NCBI GenBank assembly: GCA_902778925.1
Contig: CACYZN010000021.1
Coordinates: 3,847 to 67,846, forward strand
Length of the DNA: 64,000 nt
Direction: 5' to 3'
Source of the DNA: an uncultured Bacteroidota bacterium
GTDB taxonomy: Bacteria > Bacteroidota > Bacteroidia > Bacteroidales > P3
Each line of letters begins with the position of its first letter. Position 1 is the first letter of the stretch. This document shows positions 9,004 through 18,645 of this stretch, piece by piece. The position numbers and the translations under genes are program-made. The notes under the pieces were generated by a model that saw only the letters and a program-made list of their open reading frames with translations, did no database searches and was not told the origin of the DNA.

Positions 9004-9708
9004 ATGATACCAACATTGCACCCCGACACCCTGCCCTTCTTGCAGGAACTGACAGTGAACAACAACCGCCCGTGGTTCAACGACCACAAGGACCGATGGC
9101 TGGCCATCAAGGCCGACTTCGAGGCTTTCACGCAGGCCCTCATCGACGAGATGGTGAAATACGACGACACCCTCGTGGGCCTCACGGCCAAGAACTCGGT
9201 CTACCGCATCTACCGCGACACACGCTTCTCGGCCGACAAGACGCCCTACAAGACCCACATCGCCTGCTTCCTCAGCAGCTGGGGGCCGAAGAACAGCGGT
9301 GTGCCCGGCTACTACTTCCAGATAGGCACCGAAGAGGCCTACGGCCTGAAGGGCACCTGCAACCTCGGCGGCGGCATCTTCATGCCCACACCCGAAGTCC
9401 TGGGCGCCATACGCCAGGAGATATTCTACTGCACCGACGAGTTCCTCGCCATCATGAACGGGAAGGACTACAAGCGCTACTTCGGCAGCGAGTTCTTCAC
9501 CCTGAAGAAGCTGCAGCGTGTACCCAAGGACTACCCCGCCGACTGGGAGCACGCCGACCTGCTGAAATACAAAGACTACACCACCAGCTACACCATGCCC
9601 GACCGCTTCATCGGCACAGACAAGCTCTTCGACGAGGTGGTGAAAGTGTGGAAGGCCAGCGTGCCGCTGAACCGCTTTGTGCAGCGGGCTATGGAAGACT
9701 TACACTAA
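9004..9708 (+). CDS. DUF2461 (TIGR02453) family protein
   Basis: 234 aa. FLQELTVNNNRPWFNDHKDRW...YRIYRDTRFSADKTPYKTHI matches my memory of the family signature. Confidence 0.7.
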   Translation: MIPTLHPDTLPFLQELTVNNNRPWFNDHKDRWLAIKADFEAFTQALIDEMVKYDDTLVGLTAKNSVYRIYRDTRFSADKTPYKTHIACFLSSWGPKNSGVPGYYFQIGTEEAYGLKGTCNLGGGIFMPTPEVLGAIRQEIFYCTDEFLAIMNGKDYKRYFGSEFFTLKKLQRVPKDYPADWEHADLLKYKDYTTSYTMPDRFIGTDKLFDEVVKVWKASVPLNRFVQRAMEDLH

Positions 9709-9715
9709 CATTGAA

Positions 9716-10129
9716 ATGATGAGTAAAATGATCAATACCAGCATTGTCGACGGCCGTCGTGTGGCGTCGGACCGTATAGCCGAGCTAGGCGAGAACGAGA
9801 TATTCGTCTTCGGCAGCAACAAACAAGGTATGCACGGCGGTGGAGCTGCGTGGGTGGCCAGCCAGCGCTTCGGTGCGGAATGGGGAGTGGGCGAGGGCCT
9901 GACGGGCCGTTGCTACGCCCTGCCCACCATGGAAGGCAAGGCCTCGCTAGTGCATGCGGTGGAGCATTTCACAGCCTGTGCCCACGACAATCCGTCGCTT
10001 GTATTCCTCGTCACTGCTGTGGGCTGTGGAATAGCGGGATACACAGCCGCCGAGGTGGCTCCGCTGTTCAGGGAAGCCTCCTTGCTCGACAATGTCTATC
10101 TGCCGCAGACCTTCTGGGAGTACTTGTAG
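9716..10129 (+). CDS. Conserved small protein with FVFGSN..G.HGGGAA motif (A1S_2505-type)
   Basis: 137 aa from ATG 9716. The motifs are EIFVFGSNKQGMHGGGAAWVA, GEGLTGRCYALPT and VTAVGCGIAGYTAAEVAPLF. The family name is from memory only. Confidence 0.5.
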   Translation: MMSKMINTSIVDGRRVASDRIAELGENEIFVFGSNKQGMHGGGAAWVASQRFGAEWGVGEGLTGRCYALPTMEGKASLVHAVEHFTACAHDNPSLVFLVTAVGCGIAGYTAAEVAPLFREASLLDNVYLPQTFWEYL

Positions 10130-10225
10130 TCGTTTGACAAGGTGCAGGGCCGCGGTTAAATGCCTGAGAGATAAAAGAATGGTGGATATACACCAGGCGG
10201 TTGTTAAAAATTCATAAAGAAAAAG

Positions 10226-10256
10226 TTTGGTGGATTGAAAAAATGTAGTACTTTTG
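10226..10256 (+). promoter_or_regulatory. Promoter for the acyl-CoA ligase gene: -33 TTTG and -7 TACTTTTG
   Basis: TTTG at 10226-10229 and TACTTTTG at 10249-10256 are separated by 19 nt. The ATG is at 10283. Confidence 0.5.
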
Positions 10257-10282
10257 CAAAATAATTTTAAACAGCAAACACT

Positions 10283-12067
10283 ATGCAAGAGCCAACCCGA
10301 TTGTTCGACTTGCTCGAGTGGAGAAAACAGTTACATCCCGAGCGTCCCGTCTTCAAGTACAAGGAAAACGGCGAATGGAAAGAACATTATATCGACGAAT
10401 ATATCGAGAAGTGCAACCTCATAAGCTACGCTTTGATGCATCTCGGTGTGAAGAAGGGCGAAAACATCGGCCTCATCTCTGCCGGACGTCCCGAGTGGAA
10501 CTATGTGGACTTCGGTGTGCAGCAAACGGGTGCCGTACTTTTGCCCATCTACCCAACCATCAGCGAGGAGGATTACGAGTTTATACTGAACGACGCGCAG
10601 GTGCGCCTGCTTGTCGTCGAGACACCGGCGTTGTATAAGAAGATTTGCAGCATCCGCGAGCGCTTGCCGCATTTGGAGAACCTATGCACCATTGTGCCCA
10701 TGGAGGGTGTGAAGTCGTTGGACGATATTTATGAGCTGGGCCGTCGCTATGTGGCAGAGCACCCCGACGCCCCACAGCAGCTACAGGCCACCAAGGACTC
10801 GCTGACTACCGACGACGTGTGCACCATGATCTACACCAGCGGTACCACAGGCACCCCAAAGGGTGTGATGCTGGCCCATCGCGGTTTGATTATGAATGTG
10901 CAGGAGATCAAGGAGAGTCCGGGAAAGACTTGGACCAAGGCCCTCAGCTGGCTGCCCATGTGCCATATCTACGAACGTATGATGGGCTACCTCTATCAGT
11001 GGCTCTGCTTCACCGTAGCCTATGCCGAAAGCATTGCCAAGGTGGCCGACAACTGCAAGGAGATTAGTCCCAACATGATGGCCTGTGTGCCGAGATTTAT
11101 CGAGAAGGTCTACGACAAGATATTCCGCAAGGGTGAGAAGATGACCGGCATAAGCAAGAAGATTTTCGACTGGGCCATCGACTTGGCTTTCAAGTACGAC
11201 CTTGATGAGTCGAAACTCTCGTGCTGGTACAAGATGCAGAAGAAGATGGCCGATAGGTTGGTCTATAAGTCGATTCGCGAGAGCATGGGCGGCGAGCTGT
11301 ACATGCTCGTCAGCGGCGGCGCCACCATCCAGCCGCGTCTGACGCGCTTCTTCTCGTGCGTTGGTCTCGACCTCTACGAGGGCTATGGCCTCACCGAGAC
11401 GTCGCCACTGATTGCTGTTACCAACAGCAACAAGAAAGGCCGCAAGATTGGTTCGGTGGGCTTCGCCATGCGTGCGATAGAAGTGCGTATCGACAACGAG
11501 ACGGGTGAGATACAGTGTCGTGGCGGCAATGTGATGAAGGGCTACTACAACGCACCCGAGCTCACTGCCCAGGCCATAGACCCCGACGGCTGGTTCCACA
11601 CCGGCGACACGGGCTACTTCGATCCCGACGGATACCTCTTCATCACCGGTCGAACCAAGAGTATGTTCAAGACATCAATGGGTAAGTATATCAACCCAGA
11701 GGTGATTGAAGAGAAGATGAAGCAGTCGCCATTCATCATGGATATGATGGTGGTGGGTGCCGAGCAGAAGTTTGCCGCAGCCTTGATAGCACCCGACTTC
11801 GACATGCTGAAGGACTGGTGTGGGCGTCATGGCGTTGCTGCCCAGACCAAGGAAGAAATGATAGCCGACCGTACTGTCATAGCCCGTTACCAAAAGGTGG
11901 TAGACAAGTATAATGCCGAACTGGGTGTTACCGAACAAGTGAAACGCTTCGCATTGGTGGCCGAGGCCTGGACCGAGGCTAACAAGATGCTCACTCCAAC
12001 CCAGAAACTCATCCGCCGCAACGTCGAAGCCGCCTACAGGCAGCAGATAGATGCACTCTTTGTGTGA
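10283..12067 (+). CDS. Long-chain fatty acid--CoA ligase (AMP-forming, FadD-like)
   Basis: 594 aa. The AMP-binding signature is MIYTSGTTGTPKGVML, followed by YGLTETS and WFHTGDTGYFDPDGYLFITGRTK. Confidence 0.85.
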   Translation: MQEPTRLFDLLEWRKQLHPERPVFKYKENGEWKEHYIDEYIEKCNLISYALMHLGVKKGENIGLISAGRPEWNYVDFGVQQTGAVLLPIYPTISEEDYEFILNDAQVRLLVVETPALYKKICSIRERLPHLENLCTIVPMEGVKSLDDIYELGRRYVAEHPDAPQQLQATKDSLTTDDVCTMIYTSGTTGTPKGVMLAHRGLIMNVQEIKESPGKTWTKALSWLPMCHIYERMMGYLYQWLCFTVAYAESIAKVADNCKEISPNMMACVPRFIEKVYDKIFRKGEKMTGISKKIFDWAIDLAFKYDLDESKLSCWYKMQKKMADRLVYKSIRESMGGELYMLVSGGATIQPRLTRFFSCVGLDLYEGYGLTETSPLIAVTNSNKKGRKIGSVGFAMRAIEVRIDNETGEIQCRGGNVMKGYYNAPELTAQAIDPDGWFHTGDTGYFDPDGYLFITGRTKSMFKTSMGKYINPEVIEEKMKQSPFIMDMMVVGAEQKFAAALIAPDFDMLKDWCGRHGVAAQTKEEMIADRTVIARYQKVVDKYNAELGVTEQVKRFALVAEAWTEANKMLTPTQKLIRRNVEAAYRQQIDALFV

Positions 12068-12090
12068 TTTGACGAAAAAGTCTTAAATGA

Positions 12091-12130
12091 AGAATGCAGC
12101 TGGTTCATCGAACCAGCTGCATTCTTTTAT
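12091..12130 (+). terminator. Rho-independent terminator after the ligase gene
   Basis: Perfect hairpin AGAATGCAGCTGGTTC-ATCG-AACCAGCTGCATTCT followed by TTTTAT. A-rich sequence upstream could allow bidirectional use. Confidence 0.8.
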
Positions 12131-12142
12131 ATGGCCCCTGTC

Positions 12143-12610
12143 TTATTCGGACAACTTGAACCGCATGCGCCAAACATGTCTGTCGGAGTCGTAATCATGG
12201 GAAATGATTTGGAAGCGGCCAATTTCCGACGTGTTTGCTACATGTGTGCCCACACATGCACACAGGTCATAGTCGCCGATGCGCACCAGCCGTAGTGTCT
12301 CGCTGGCATCGTCGGGGAGCTTCCATAGGTCTACCTCGGGCGGCACCTCTCCTCTCTTCACAAACTCATACGTCACAGGCAGGTGCTGTGCAATTACTTC
12401 GTTCACGCGGTGCTCTATTTCCAGCACCTGGGCCTCGGTGGGGCAAGCATCGAGCAGGTAGTCGCACTTGCTCTTCTTACGCTCGATGTGTGCATTGCGC
12501 GACCGAGGGCAGCCGAACATCCGCACCATCGTCTGATTCAGTATATGCTCCGCCGTATGCATCGGCGGATATTCCTCTTTGTTGTGGGCATTTAGAATGG
12601 GTTGTTCCAT
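12143..12610 (-). CDS. Alanyl-tRNA editing protein (AlaX-type, tRNA_SAD domain)
   Basis: 155 aa from ATG 12610. The Zn/editing motifs are HTAEH and CACVGTH. The upstream part of the track ORF is Arg-rich non-coding sequence. Confidence 0.7.
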   Translation of the reverse strand: MEQPILNAHNKEEYPPMHTAEHILNQTMVRMFGCPRSRNAHIERKKSKCDYLLDACPTEAQVLEIEHRVNEVIAQHLPVTYEFVKRGEVPPEVDLWKLPDDASETLRLVRIGDYDLCACVGTHVANTSEIGRFQIISHDYDSDRHVWRMRFKLSE

Positions 12611-12627
12611 AAAAGAGAAAGGGAATA

Positions 12628-12921
12628 TTATACCATCTGTTCGATGTTCCAGACAAAGGCTCGGATGCCTACTTCCTCGTTGCGTCGGTCGAGTTTGCGG
12701 ACGGCGAGAAGCAGTTCTTCTACCTTGGAGTCGTCGATTACTGTCATGACGGCATTGTTCATCTCGGGCCATGTGTGGGTACCACGATGGGGGTCGCCGT
12801 TTTCGTGGCCTCGACCTTGCACGTTCTCCCAGAAAGTGAAACCCCGGATGGAAAGCATGTCGAGCATGTATTCCACGCGCTCGTTATTGGCTTGGTTGTA
12901 TACTATAAGGACTGATTTCAT
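12628..12921 (-). CDS. Small transporter-associated protein, PII-like fold (PG0541-type)
   Basis: 97 aa, immediately downstream of the RND pump. The family assignment is from memory of similar small genes trailing Bacteroidota RND operons. Confidence 0.5.
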   Translation of the reverse strand: MKSVLIVYNQANNERVEYMLDMLSIRGFTFWENVQGRGHENGDPHRGTHTWPEMNNAVMTVIDDSKVEELLLAVRKLDRRNEEVGIRAFVWNIEQMV

Positions 12922-12932
12922 ATTTGGTCTGT

Positions 12933-15900
12933 TTACTGTTCATTAAGGTTGATATTCAGGAAAACAAACTTGCGGCGTTCGCGTTCCTTCTTCTCTATGT
13001 CGCCACGGCGGTTGAAGACACCGTAGAGCACGGGAACCACGATGAGGGTTACGAATGTAGAAACGGTAAGACCACCGATAACAACGAGTCCCATGGTGGT
13101 CCACATTTCGGAACCTTCGGACGTGGAGGTTGCCATTGGAATCATACCGAGAATGGTGGTGAAGGCAGTCATCATAACGGGGCGCAAACGGCTTTGGCCG
13201 CTCAAGGCAATAGCTTCGTTCAGCGCTATGCCACGTTCACGCATGAGATTGATGTAGTCGACCAAGACGATACCGTTTTTGACCACGATACCGATAAGAA
13301 GTATGAGGCCTAACATACCAATCATATCAATATTCTGACCGGTGATGAACATCATGAGAGCCACTCCGCTCAATGCGAATGGAATGGAGAACATGATGAT
13401 GAAAGGCTTGGAGAAAGATTCGAACTGTGAGGCCATAACGATGTAGACAAGCATGAGGATAAGTGCGCCAAGCATCATCATGTCGCGGGTGGAATCCTGT
13501 TGGTCCTTGTAGTTACCGGCCAGTGCAACGTGTATCTCAGAAGGTATGTTCATCTGGTCTAGTTCCTTCTGGACGCCCATGGCCAACTCTTGCAATGAAG
13601 TACGATATGGCATCACAGTAAGTGTAAGGTAACGTTGGCGGTTCTTGCGCTCTATAGTTGGCGGGCACCAATATTCTTCAACTTTGGCCAACTCTTCGAG
13701 CTTAATGATTCGTCCGGTAGCTGTGGGGATGGAAAGCTGTTCGATGTCGGATATTGACGAACGATATTCCTCTTTTAAGCGGACTACAATGTTATACTCC
13801 TCGCCGTCCTCTTTAAGGAAACCTGCAGCCATGCCGTTGACCCGGTTGCGGACATATAGAGCCACGGTAGAGCCGTTCAGACCGTGCAGGGCAAGTTTTT
13901 GTTTGTCAAAAGTAATCTTCAATTCGGCTCGGTCCTCATCACGGCTTACTTTCGTGTCGCGGGCTCCAGCGACATTCTGCTCGACTCGGCGACGCAACTC
14001 GTTTGTAAAGGCTGTTGTTTGGTCAAAGTCATAGCCGTATATCTCGACCGAAAGCGAATTGTTGCTTCCTCCACCCATACCGCCACCTTGATTCACTTGG
14101 AATGTGATAAGTTCAGGGTATTGTGCGAAACATTGACGGAGGTCTTCCTGCATTTCAAAGATGGTACGGTCGCGTTCGTACTTCTTTGTGCAGCGTATGG
14201 TCATGGAAATCTTGTTGTTGGTAGTCGAGTTGAAGAGTGCTGCCATGCCGGCATCATCATTCGAACCAGCCGATGTGGAGATTACCTCTACATCGTCGCC
14301 GAGCAAACGGTAGATATCTTGCTCCATCTGGCGAGCGGTTTTGAGAGTCTCTTCAATGCGGGTGCCACGCTGTAGTTCAGCGTTTATAGAAATGCGGCCA
14401 TTATCTTGCTCCTTCATGAAGTCCATACCAATCTTGCCCATCATAAAAGGCAGGAGGGTTAGAATGAAGAAAGCGAATGCGATAAGCAGGGTGATACGTT
14501 TGTGCCTTAAGCACCATCGAAGGATATTCGCATAGCCAGCCTCTATAGAATCGAATACACGACCAATTGTCTTGTCGAACGTAATCTTCTTCGAGGCTTG
14601 TTTCCTCTCGGCTTCCTCTCGTGCTGATTGGCTCAAGAAGAAAGGCTTCTCCTTGAGTATTTTCGAAGAAAGCATAGGAATAAGGGTGATGGCGGCAGTT
14701 GTAGATACGCAAACAACAATGGTTACAATCCAGCCCAACTCCTTCATGAAAATACCCATCATGCCAGGCAGCATGGTGAGAGGCACAAACACAGCAACGA
14801 GCACCAGAGTTGTGGCAATGACCGATGTCCATACCTCGTTTGTGGCGCATATTGCGGCTTCACGAGGATTCTCGCCTCGTTCGATATGTTTGGTAATGTT
14901 CTCTAGCACGACTATAGCATCGTCCACTACCATACCGATAGCCACGGTGAGCGAAGCCAGTGAGATGATATTGAGAGAACTGTCGGCCAGTAACAAGTAA
15001 ATGAAAGATGTTACGAGTGAGATAGGAATGGTAAGTGCAATAATGATGGTAGAACGCCAGTTTCCAAGGAAAACAAGCACAACCAGAACAACAAATAGCA
15101 GCGCGTAGAAGATACTTTCAGTAAGGCCGTTGATGGCATTTACGATTTCCTCAGAACCATCACGAATATTGGTGATCTTGATATCTGGCGGCAGTGTCTT
15201 TTTTATTTGTTCCATCTCGGCTCGTACCTCGTTTGCAATGGCTACTGTGTTGGCGCCAGTCTGTTTTGTGATGATTAAACGAGCACCATCGTGTCCGTTG
15301 ATCTTCTCGTCAAGGGAGAGGTCTTTGATAGTATCGCGTACTGTGGCAAGGTCGCGTACAAATATCTGTTTGCCTGTGGGCGTAGTGGTGACTACGATGT
15401 CGGAAATCTCTGAACTCTCAATATATTCACCCTTTACCCTCATCTGGTATTGCTCTTTGCCCATTTTTACGGTACCGGATGCTAAATCCAGATTGTTGGC
15501 ACTAATGGCATTGCCCACAAGTTCAAGTGGTATACCATAAGCATCGAGCTGTTTGGGGTCTAGGTCAATGTAAACATATCGTTCTGGCGCGCCGCTGACG
15601 GTTATATTGCCGATTCCGTCTACACGGTTAAGGACGTTGACTACATTATCCTCCAGTATACGATCCAATCCAGGATAACTTTCTTCAGCAGTGAAACCGT
15701 ATACCATGATTGGCATAGCACTCGAGTTGAGCTTAAGTATCATGGGGCGGGAAACGCCATCTGGGAGATTGTCATACAGTAAGTCGACATAGGAGCGAAT
15801 GTCGTTGAGCGCTTCATCAATATCTGACCCCCACTCGAATTCAAGTGAGACAACCGAGATGTTGTCCTTAGAAGTGGATGTGATGTTTTTCAGCCCATCT

Positions 15901-16121
15901 ACACTATTGAGAGAATTCTCTATCAATTTAGTGATGTTAGTCTCGATTTCGCTGGCATTGGCACCAGCGTAGGTGGTCATCACGGTTACATAAGGAGGGT
16001 CCATCTCTGGCATCTGGTCGATAGGCAGACGCGATAGCGAGAAAAGGCCCAACACAATCACAGCCACAAAAATGAGGCCTGTCGTGATAGGCTTGTTGAT
16101 TGCTGTTTTGTATATTGCCAT
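12933..16121 (-). CDS. RND efflux permease (AcrB/HAE1 family)
   Basis: 1062 aa. The N-terminus MAIYKTAINKPITTGLIFVAVIVLGLFSLSRLPIDQMPEMDPPYVTV is typical. It has a 12-TM architecture with two large periplasmic loops. Confidence 0.9.
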   Translation of the reverse strand: MAIYKTAINKPITTGLIFVAVIVLGLFSLSRLPIDQMPEMDPPYVTVMTTYAGANASEIETNITKLIENSLNSVDGLKNITSTSKDNISVVSLEFEWGSDIDEALNDIRSYVDLLYDNLPDGVSRPMILKLNSSAMPIMVYGFTAEESYPGLDRILEDNVVNVLNRVDGIGNITVSGAPERYVYIDLDPKQLDAYGIPLELVGNAISANNLDLASGTVKMGKEQYQMRVKGEYIESSEISDIVVTTTPTGKQIFVRDLATVRDTIKDLSLDEKINGHDGARLIITKQTGANTVAIANEVRAEMEQIKKTLPPDIKITNIRDGSEEIVNAINGLTESIFYALLFVVLVVLVFLGNWRSTIIIALTIPISLVTSFIYLLLADSSLNIISLASLTVAIGMVVDDAIVVLENITKHIERGENPREAAICATNEVWTSVIATTLVLVAVFVPLTMLPGMMGIFMKELGWIVTIVVCVSTTAAITLIPMLSSKILKEKPFFLSQSAREEAERKQASKKITFDKTIGRVFDSIEAGYANILRWCLRHKRITLLIAFAFFILTLLPFMMGKIGMDFMKEQDNGRISINAELQRGTRIEETLKTARQMEQDIYRLLGDDVEVISTSAGSNDDAGMAALFNSTTNNKISMTIRCTKKYERDRTIFEMQEDLRQCFAQYPELITFQVNQGGGMGGGSNNSLSVEIYGYDFDQTTAFTNELRRRVEQNVAGARDTKVSRDEDRAELKITFDKQKLALHGLNGSTVALYVRNRVNGMAAGFLKEDGEEYNIVVRLKEEYRSSISDIEQLSIPTATGRIIKLEELAKVEEYWCPPTIERKNRQRYLTLTVMPYRTSLQELAMGVQKELDQMNIPSEIHVALAGNYKDQQDSTRDMMMLGALILMLVYIVMASQFESFSKPFIIMFSIPFALSGVALMMFITGQNIDMIGMLGLILLIGIVVKNGIVLVDYINLMRERGIALNEAIALSGQSRLRPVMMTAFTTILGMIPMATSTSEGSEMWTTMGLVVIGGLTVSTFVTLIVVPVLYGVFNRRGDIEKKERERRKFVFLNINLNEQ

Positions 16122-16127
16122 AACTTA

Positions 16128-17171
16128 TTAATCTACTATTTCAAGTGTTGTTCCGTCGACAAGGCGAGCCTGGCCTGTAACTACGAGGCGGTCACCAGCC
16201 TTGATGGCATTGTTCTCTACGGGAATAATCTCTATGCGGTCGTCAAACCGTTGACCAAGTGTTACGGCTACACGGCGAGCGACGATACCATCGCCATTGG
16301 TATTGGCAACAAATACATATCGGTCGTTCGAACCTGTGAGTTTAAGTACGCTCTGATAAGGGACCACTATGGCATTTACCTCGCCCACGGCCAATTTGGT
16401 GCGCACGTACATACCTGGACGTATCTTCTCGGCAGAGTTGGGAATGTTGAGTTTTGCTTGGAAAGTGTGGCTCGAAGGGTCAATGGTTGGATATACAATC
16501 TCAATGGTTGCGGGGAATACTTGGTCTGGGTATATGTCGCTTTCGATGCTCACATGCATACCTTGTTTTACTAAAGGGAAGTATGTTTCAGGAATGTTGA
16601 TTATGGCTTTTAACCGGTTAATCTGAGTGAGTGTAAGGATTGGAGCTCCTGTATACATCTCACCGTCTTCATAGTTTTTTGCGCTTATTACGCCAGCAAA
16701 TTGGGCTTTGACAAAAGTGTTCTGGTCTTGGAAACGCTCGGTCTCTACCAATTGGTCGTATCCGGCTTTTGTTTGGTCATAGACTTGCTCACTTATAGAG
16801 CCACTTGCTTTCAATGCACTTACGCGGTCGAACTCGGTTTTTGTCGATGCTAGGTTGATGCGGGTAGTATTCAGTTGCGTTTGGTCCATACGTACCAGCA
16901 TAGCCCCCTTTTGTACGCGGCTTCCAACCTCGACGTATATATGCTCGATATGACCGGTTATACTGGGCGAGATATTCATGGTTTCATAGCCTTCAAGTGT
17001 AGCACTGAGCTCTAATGTCTTGGATATTCGCTCGCTTTCGAGGATTTGCACTTTTACCTTTTCGGCTTCTTTTTGGGTAGTGGTTGCACCTTTGTTGCCG
17101 CCATTGCCTCCACAGGCAGTAAGGATTGCTGTGGCAAGTACGATTGTTGCTAATCGGGTTGTTCTATTCAT
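16128..17171 (-). CDS. RND periplasmic adaptor (membrane fusion protein), lipoprotein
   Basis: ATG 17171 gives MNRTTRLATIVLATAILTACGG (lipobox). The rest is HlyD/AcrA-like barrel-sandwich and coiled-coil sequence. The track start 17201 is a TTG. Confidence 0.85.
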   Translation of the reverse strand: MNRTTRLATIVLATAILTACGGNGGNKGATTTQKEAEKVKVQILESERISKTLELSATLEGYETMNISPSITGHIEHIYVEVGSRVQKGAMLVRMDQTQLNTTRINLASTKTEFDRVSALKASGSISEQVYDQTKAGYDQLVETERFQDQNTFVKAQFAGVISAKNYEDGEMYTGAPILTLTQINRLKAIINIPETYFPLVKQGMHVSIESDIYPDQVFPATIEIVYPTIDPSSHTFQAKLNIPNSAEKIRPGMYVRTKLAVGEVNAIVVPYQSVLKLTGSNDRYVFVANTNGDGIVARRVAVTLGQRFDDRIEIIPVENNAIKAGDRLVVTGQARLVDGTTLEIVD

Positions 17172-17197
17172 ATTGTTGTTTTTTTTATTATCTATTA

Positions 17198-18595
17198 TCA
17201 ATTCTCAATGTTGAGGAGGTTCTCGAGAGCCAACTGTGCACTTATTACGCTCATTACAGCTTGTATGTAGTTGCTTTGGGCCGATATAATATCCGTCGAG
17301 GCATTGGTTACTTCGAGGCTGCTGGCGCGTCCGTATTTGTATTTTTCGGTCAGGTTGTCGAATACTCGTTTGGTTACGTCGAGATTGCGGTTCTGTATAT
17401 CGTAGTTTTCGAGAGCCGAGGCAAGGTCGTAGCTTAGTTGGTTGTACTGTACTTTTAGCCCATCTTCAGCTTGACGCTTGGTGTTGAGTGCTTCCTGATA
17501 GTCGATTTTTGCACTCTTTATATTTGCTGTGCGGGTGCCACTGGTGAAAATTGGCAGGCTCACAGATGCCCCAACCATGTTCGGGGGCGTCATGTTGAAG
17601 CCTTCATCCTTTCCAAAGTATGTCTTGGCGCTGTATTGATAATATGCCGAGAAGGTCGGTGTTAGGTCCATGCGGGCCATAGTTACGTTGCGGCGGGCTA
17701 ACTTCTCGTTTTGTTCAAGCAGTTGGTAATTGTAATTCTGTGTAATGTCGAACCCTTTGCCGAGTAGTTGTGTCGCAGCATCGACGCTAAGTATTTCTTC
17801 TATTGGTGTGGTGAGTTCCAGATGTACATTCACATCAGCTCCAAGCTGCAGCAACATCGAGTTGCGCAAAGCCTGTAAAGAACGGCGAGTACTGTTAATA
17901 CTACTTTTCATCGAGGCTACCTGTACCAGCAGTTTGTCTGCATCGACCTGTTCGGCAGCTCCAACATCAACGGCACTCTGACTTGTGGCGGCCAGTTGCT
18001 CGAGGTTTGCAAGGCTTGAGTCTAGTAGGCCCACCGTCTGTTCCATGACGAGTATGCTTACATATACGTTTTTTACGTTCGAACGGGTCTGCTGTTCTGT
18101 TTGGCGACGTGTTATGTCGGTCATCTGCATGGCAATGTTTTGCAGCATGGTACCAACAATCTGGGCACCCGTTATGGCCACCGAGGCTGTGATGCTGAAG
18201 GTGCCGCTGGGGTTCATCGCAATGCCACCGCTTTCACCGTCTTCCGTGGTGGTGGGTAAACTGAACGAAATAGGCATGGGACCCATGGGAGTGTTGATGA
18301 TCATGCTGTCAGGTAGCATGCTGCCACCGCGGCTGCCAAAGTTCATTGTGTAGCCGCACATGTTTTGGTAGTCGAAGCCAGCCTTCACCTGCGGTAGCAT
18401 GGTGCTGAGGGTCTTCCATCGGTTCAGTTCTGCTTTACGGGTCTCTAGGTTGGCGTTCTGCATTGCTGCATTGTGCTCCAAGGCGTAGTGCTGAGCCTCT
18501 TCCAGACTAAGTCTAAGGGTTTTACTCTCTTGTGCTTCGGCGCACATGGCAAGAGCCGCTAGAGCTATGACCAGAGTTACGCTTTTTAGTTTCAT
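17198..18595 (-). CDS. TolC-family outer-membrane efflux channel
   Basis: ATG 18595 gives MKLKSVTLVIALAALAMCAEAQ (signal peptide). The protein has two OEP repeats. The track start 18670 lies inside the TetR gene. Confidence 0.85.
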   Translation of the reverse strand: MKLKSVTLVIALAALAMCAEAQESKTLRLSLEEAQHYALEHNAAMQNANLETRKAELNRWKTLSTMLPQVKAGFDYQNMCGYTMNFGSRGGSMLPDSMIINTPMGPMPISFSLPTTTEDGESGGIAMNPSGTFSITASVAITGAQIVGTMLQNIAMQMTDITRRQTEQQTRSNVKNVYVSILVMEQTVGLLDSSLANLEQLAATSQSAVDVGAAEQVDADKLLVQVASMKSSINSTRRSLQALRNSMLLQLGADVNVHLELTTPIEEILSVDAATQLLGKGFDITQNYNYQLLEQNEKLARRNVTMARMDLTPTFSAYYQYSAKTYFGKDEGFNMTPPNMVGASVSLPIFTSGTRTANIKSAKIDYQEALNTKRQAEDGLKVQYNQLSYDLASALENYDIQNRNLDVTKRVFDNLTEKYKYGRASSLEVTNASTDIISAQSNYIQAVMSVISAQLALENLLNIEN

Positions 18596-18645
18596 ATCTT
18601 TTATTTCCTTTTTTTTCTCTCTTTTGTTTGTGTTTCTTTTTGCCC

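Noticed and set aside
9716-10129. A prophage remnant inferred from the phage-associated small protein family.
   Set aside because: There are no structural, integrase or repressor genes, and no att-like repeats in the flanks. The neighbours are ordinary metabolic genes.
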